From contig CM097885.1 of NCBI GenBank assembly GCA_044892525.1, forward strand, positions 23,312,186 through 23,376,000: a stretch of DNA of 63,815 nucleotides, in the 5' to 3' direction. Made by a program: the position numbers and the translations under genes. The stretch is from Schmidtea polychroa (lineage: Eukaryota). The notes beneath the pieces are model-generated. The model did not search any database, was not told where the DNA came from, and was given only the letters and a program-made list of their open reading frames with translations. Of the stretch, positions 60,371 to 63,815 are shown in pieces. How positions within the stretch are numbered: the stretch's first letter is position 1; each line of letters opens with the position of its first letter.

Positions 60371-60862
60371 TAATATCAATTCTAATATTCAAATTAAACA
60401 CAAATAGTTATTTCAACTATCTGATGACACTTATAACATTTAAACTATATTATTTTTAAATAGGAGTTTTGGAACTCCGTACACACATTAACCATGATAG
60501 ACTGGATAAGATCTCGACATTTTCCAAATCTGAAATTCATGCATGGCCAGAAACTAGTGAACATATTAATTTCTTTAGGAATAATATTATTTAAACTATA
60601 TAAATATTATACAACTCGATAATTTCATCAGTCATTAATTGAATCCGAACAAATTTACTAATCTTTCAACTACTTCATGTTTAAATGATTTATCAATTAT
60701 TGAAAATGTCTGATTCCATTTAATAAATAATTTTGTAATGCTAATTTACACAATGAGTATAAAATCAAACCTCTATATCTTTAGAAGATATTTTCATATA
60801 ATAAACTTTGAAAGCTTAACTAATTCTATTTTATGTGAGTAAATGTTATATATATATATATA

Positions 60863-61604
60863 TAGTCAAATCTTGTTACTATGCCACTCTCGCTATTATA
60901 CCACATTTACTAGGTTCCAACAAAATTTAATATAAAATAAATTTACTATACCACTCTCTATTCTCGCTACTATGCTTATATATTGTGTAACTCTCAAAAG
61001 GCATATTATGATTGTGTCAAGGTCAGACACGTGATGCTTCTCGCAGATAACAACTACAACAAGCCAATAACAAGATGTACAACGACAAGTTCTCAACCGA
61101 AGCTAATAAGGGAATATAAAAGCGCGAGCATACACATAATAGTGACGTAATTTGTTTTCAAATTCAACCCACAATGTCAGCTCAGAAACGCAAGCGAACT
61201 AACTTTACCCTAAAGGAAAAAAAGGGAAATCATCGATACGGCGAACAGTGAGCTGAATCAAACCAAGTTGGCCAGGGAGATGAGCAGGAAATTGGGCATC
61301 GAAGTTAAGAGAACCACTCGGGTAGAACCACCGAGACTGCAATAAAATCTGATGTTCCATCTAACCGCATGAACTTGACACAAGCACACGACTCTAAGCC
61401 TGATCAGTGAGTGCTCATATGGTTGAAGCAAGCAAGAGAACAAAATTTGCTTGTCAGTGGTGATTTAATCAAGGAGAAGGCGATAAAACTGGCAGAGGTG
61501 ATGCATATTCCAGACTTCATGGAAAGTGGCGGTTGGTTAGACAATTTTAAAAACGCCACGGCATCACGTTCAAGACGATGCATGGCGAAGCTGGAGTAGT
61601 AGAT
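60863..61604 (+). mobile_element. Truncated Tigger/pogo element: left end plus disrupted CENP-B-type HTH transposase N-terminus
   Basis: ATG at 61174 gives MSAQKRKRTNFTLKEK; IWLKQAREQNLLVSGDLIKEKAIKLA...GGWLDNF, then frameshifted KRHGITFKTMHGEAG; start (ta)gtcaaatc after (TA)n. Confidence 0.82.
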
Positions 61605-61606
61605 TT

Positions 61607-61703
61607 ACTTGAAAAGGCAGTGCCGAAAATTCGTGAGTATCAAAGAACATCGATATATTACTGATTTATAGCCTTGAAGCTCTCTTTTTAATAAATTCAA
61701 TGA
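61607..61703 (+). repeat. Dispersed repeat family, copy 4
   Basis: acttgaaaaggcagtgccgaaaattcgtgagtatcaaagaacatcgatatattactgatttatagcc. Confidence 0.8.
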
Positions 61704-62099
61704 AATTATATAATTAGATTAAACGATTAAATTAGAAAATGTAAATTATTTTTGTTTTCTAACTATTTCCTATCAAATTTTATGTGGGAAAATATTTAAT
61801 TTTATGGCAAAAATTTATATTTTACACAAAATTATTATTTTAGTTTTGCCTAGTAAAATCCATTTTTTTCAAAATTCGCAACAATTAAATTTTTGTTAGA
61901 AAATCGTTATAACTTTTAACGGTTAAAAATTTTACTGAAATTTTGCTAATAAATTTTTTGACTTTTTATATGTTTTGTACTGAAACTAGTTGAAATGTTG
62001 TCTATTTGAAAGGTGGTTTGATTAATATAAATTACGGTAAAATATATTTTTAGGTGATACCAGATAATTGTTGTAGACTCCACGGTCCGTTTTTAATTA

Positions 62100-62316
62100 C
62101 CGTATATACTCGCGTATAAGTCGAGTAAATTTTAAGAGGTTTTTAAGTCCTAAATTGGAAACCCGCGTATAAGTCGAAGTAACAAAAATAAAAGAAAGGT
62201 TTAATGATTTCATTAAAAATTTATTTGTACGTTTTTTACCCGCGTATAAGTCGAAGTGGCTATTTTGACTTGAAAATTTGACGTAAATTTCTCGACTTAT
62301 ACGCGAGTATATACGG
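62100..62316. mobile_element. pogo/Tc1-mariner-type MITE (217 bp)
   Basis: Perfect 26-bp TIR ccgtatatactcgcgtataagtcgag; TA TSD; internal cccgcgtataagtcgaagt twice. Confidence 0.9.
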
Positions 62317-63334
62317 TAAAAAGAATTAATTGATTCATGGGCGCCGGTAGGATTTTTTGAAAGGTGGTGCAAAGAGAATTGATGGCAACGAAAAGGTTGT
62401 GAACGCTTCCATATTAAAGTTTGCAGAGAAACTGAGAAGATTACAATTTTTATTTTTAGAAAATGACAAAAATAAATGACAAGTTTAATTTAAAAATCTT
62501 ATTTTGTTTTAGATTTATTTTTTTTAATATTCATATTATATAAATGAATTTTTTAGAAGGAAAGTTTTTTATAATGTGTCAATTAAAATTTCAAAACGTT
62601 TTTGTATTTTATTATTTAGAAAATGAAAGGAGGTGGCGCCTTTGGATACAATATTCACTATATTATGTACATGCCAAAGAAAAATGATGAATATAATAAT
62701 ATGTTTAAATGACGCACTTTTGTTTAAAATATAGCCAAATATTCGAAAATTTCAGAAATAATCCTTTCTAATTAATAAATAAAAGAAATAACTTGGACAT
62801 CATTAACCGAGGAGATTTGAGATTTTAAACCTAACTAAATCGATACCAAATGTTGAAAATTTATTATTAAAGCATCAGGTTGATCCCTCTCACTAAAAAC
62901 ATTTATTTATTTCTTAGTTTTTTATGTAAAAAATACTAAATTTTAATTTGGTTCGTTTTAATTTGAATTTAATTATAAAAATTAATGCATAAAACTTACT
63001 ATGTGTTTTTTTAATTTTTCACACTAGACTACAGTAAGAAATTTAAATCTTTCAAAGTGAGTAGCAATATACCAGCTGTCAAAAAACGACATTTGACATA
63101 AAAGATTTTGCAAAAAATCATTATATCCAGTGTTAGAAGATGGAAAACGTTAAAGGCTTTGAAGCTGAAATACTATCAAATATTATCATCATTATTATTG
63201 TTATTTTTATTATTAGTATTTTTATTATTATTATGTACAGATTATTATTGGCATGGTAGCAGTGCTAAGTGCACTATATTTATTCAGAGCACGGAATGCA
63301 CTATATTTATTTAGTGTTGGCTCAAAATATTTAA

Positions 63335-63815
63335 ATGATTGATTTGTTTTTTCTAAAAGTGGATTAGTTTTGATATGGTATATTCGAAATGGTGCTGACA
63401 ATGTTACAAAGTCAAAAAATGAATTCTTTAATTAAATCAATTGTTTTACAAGATAAAATTAGTAAAAATCCATATAATCATGAATTAGTTTCATTACAGT
63501 ATTATATGGATAATCAATTTGATCTAGTATATGTAGTGACATATCAAAGTGTTTTAAAGTTGAGTTATACTGATAAATTTTTAACAACTATAGCTTTGGA
63601 GTTTAAAAATAAATATAAAAATGTGCTTGAATCTTAAAACTTTCCTTGGGACTTTTCTGATTTAGTACTAATAGTTGATTCCACGTTTTTGACAGTAAAA
63701 AATAATTTTATGTCTAAGCCAAAAAAATGAAATGAAATATTTTCAAGAATCATATAAAGCGGCTAAAACTTTAAAATCAATGACAAACAAAAATATATTA
63801 AAGAGGCTGGATAAA
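63335..63815 (+). pseudogene. SRPRA: Disrupted copy of SRP receptor alpha subunit (N-terminal longin domain)
   Basis: MIDLF / FSKSGLVL / MNSLIKSIVLQDK...HELVSLQYYMDNQFDLVYVVTYQSVLKLSYTDKFL / MKYFQESYKAAKTLKSM match the recalled SRalpha N-terminus, but lie in three frames with an in-frame TAA at 63635. Confidence 0.78.

Noticed and set aside
63635-63637. Non-standard genetic code (TAA as sense) to rescue SRPRA
   Set aside because: Frameshifts are still required, and the mucin CDS ends at TAA just before a candidate poly-A signal.

Overview
AT-rich eukaryotic (animal, probably invertebrate) genomic DNA with many 40-60 bp GT-AG introns and three short N gaps. Positions 7-53375 (+) hold the 3' part of one giant secreted mucin/VWF-family gene; its 5' end lies upstream of the window. 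I joined 69 exons by hand with compatible phases into 24,675 nt of CDS, about 8,224 aa. Domain order: (VWD-C8-TIL-E)x2, TIL'-E', VWD-C8-TIL-E, then 20 discoidin/F5-8C-like Cys...GC beta-sandwich domains mostly alternating with Thr/Ser-rich PTS segments, and a C-terminal cystine knot. Sixteen discoidin-PTS modules form two near-identical, intron-containing tandem arrays (9 + 7 units), each carrying a variable-number 111-bp (37-aa) repeat. A Cys-rich linker separates the arrays. The ORF-track entries in the arrays are pieces of this spliced gene, not separate genes. The long introns and the 3' region hold transposon relics: Penelope-like, R2-like non-LTR, Tc1, pogo/Tigger, hAT, piggyBac-type and Merlin. 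Downstream are a UPF0764/C16orf89-like exon and a frameshifted SRP-receptor-alpha (SRPRA) pseudogene. All family calls rest on motif recognition; no database searches were run.
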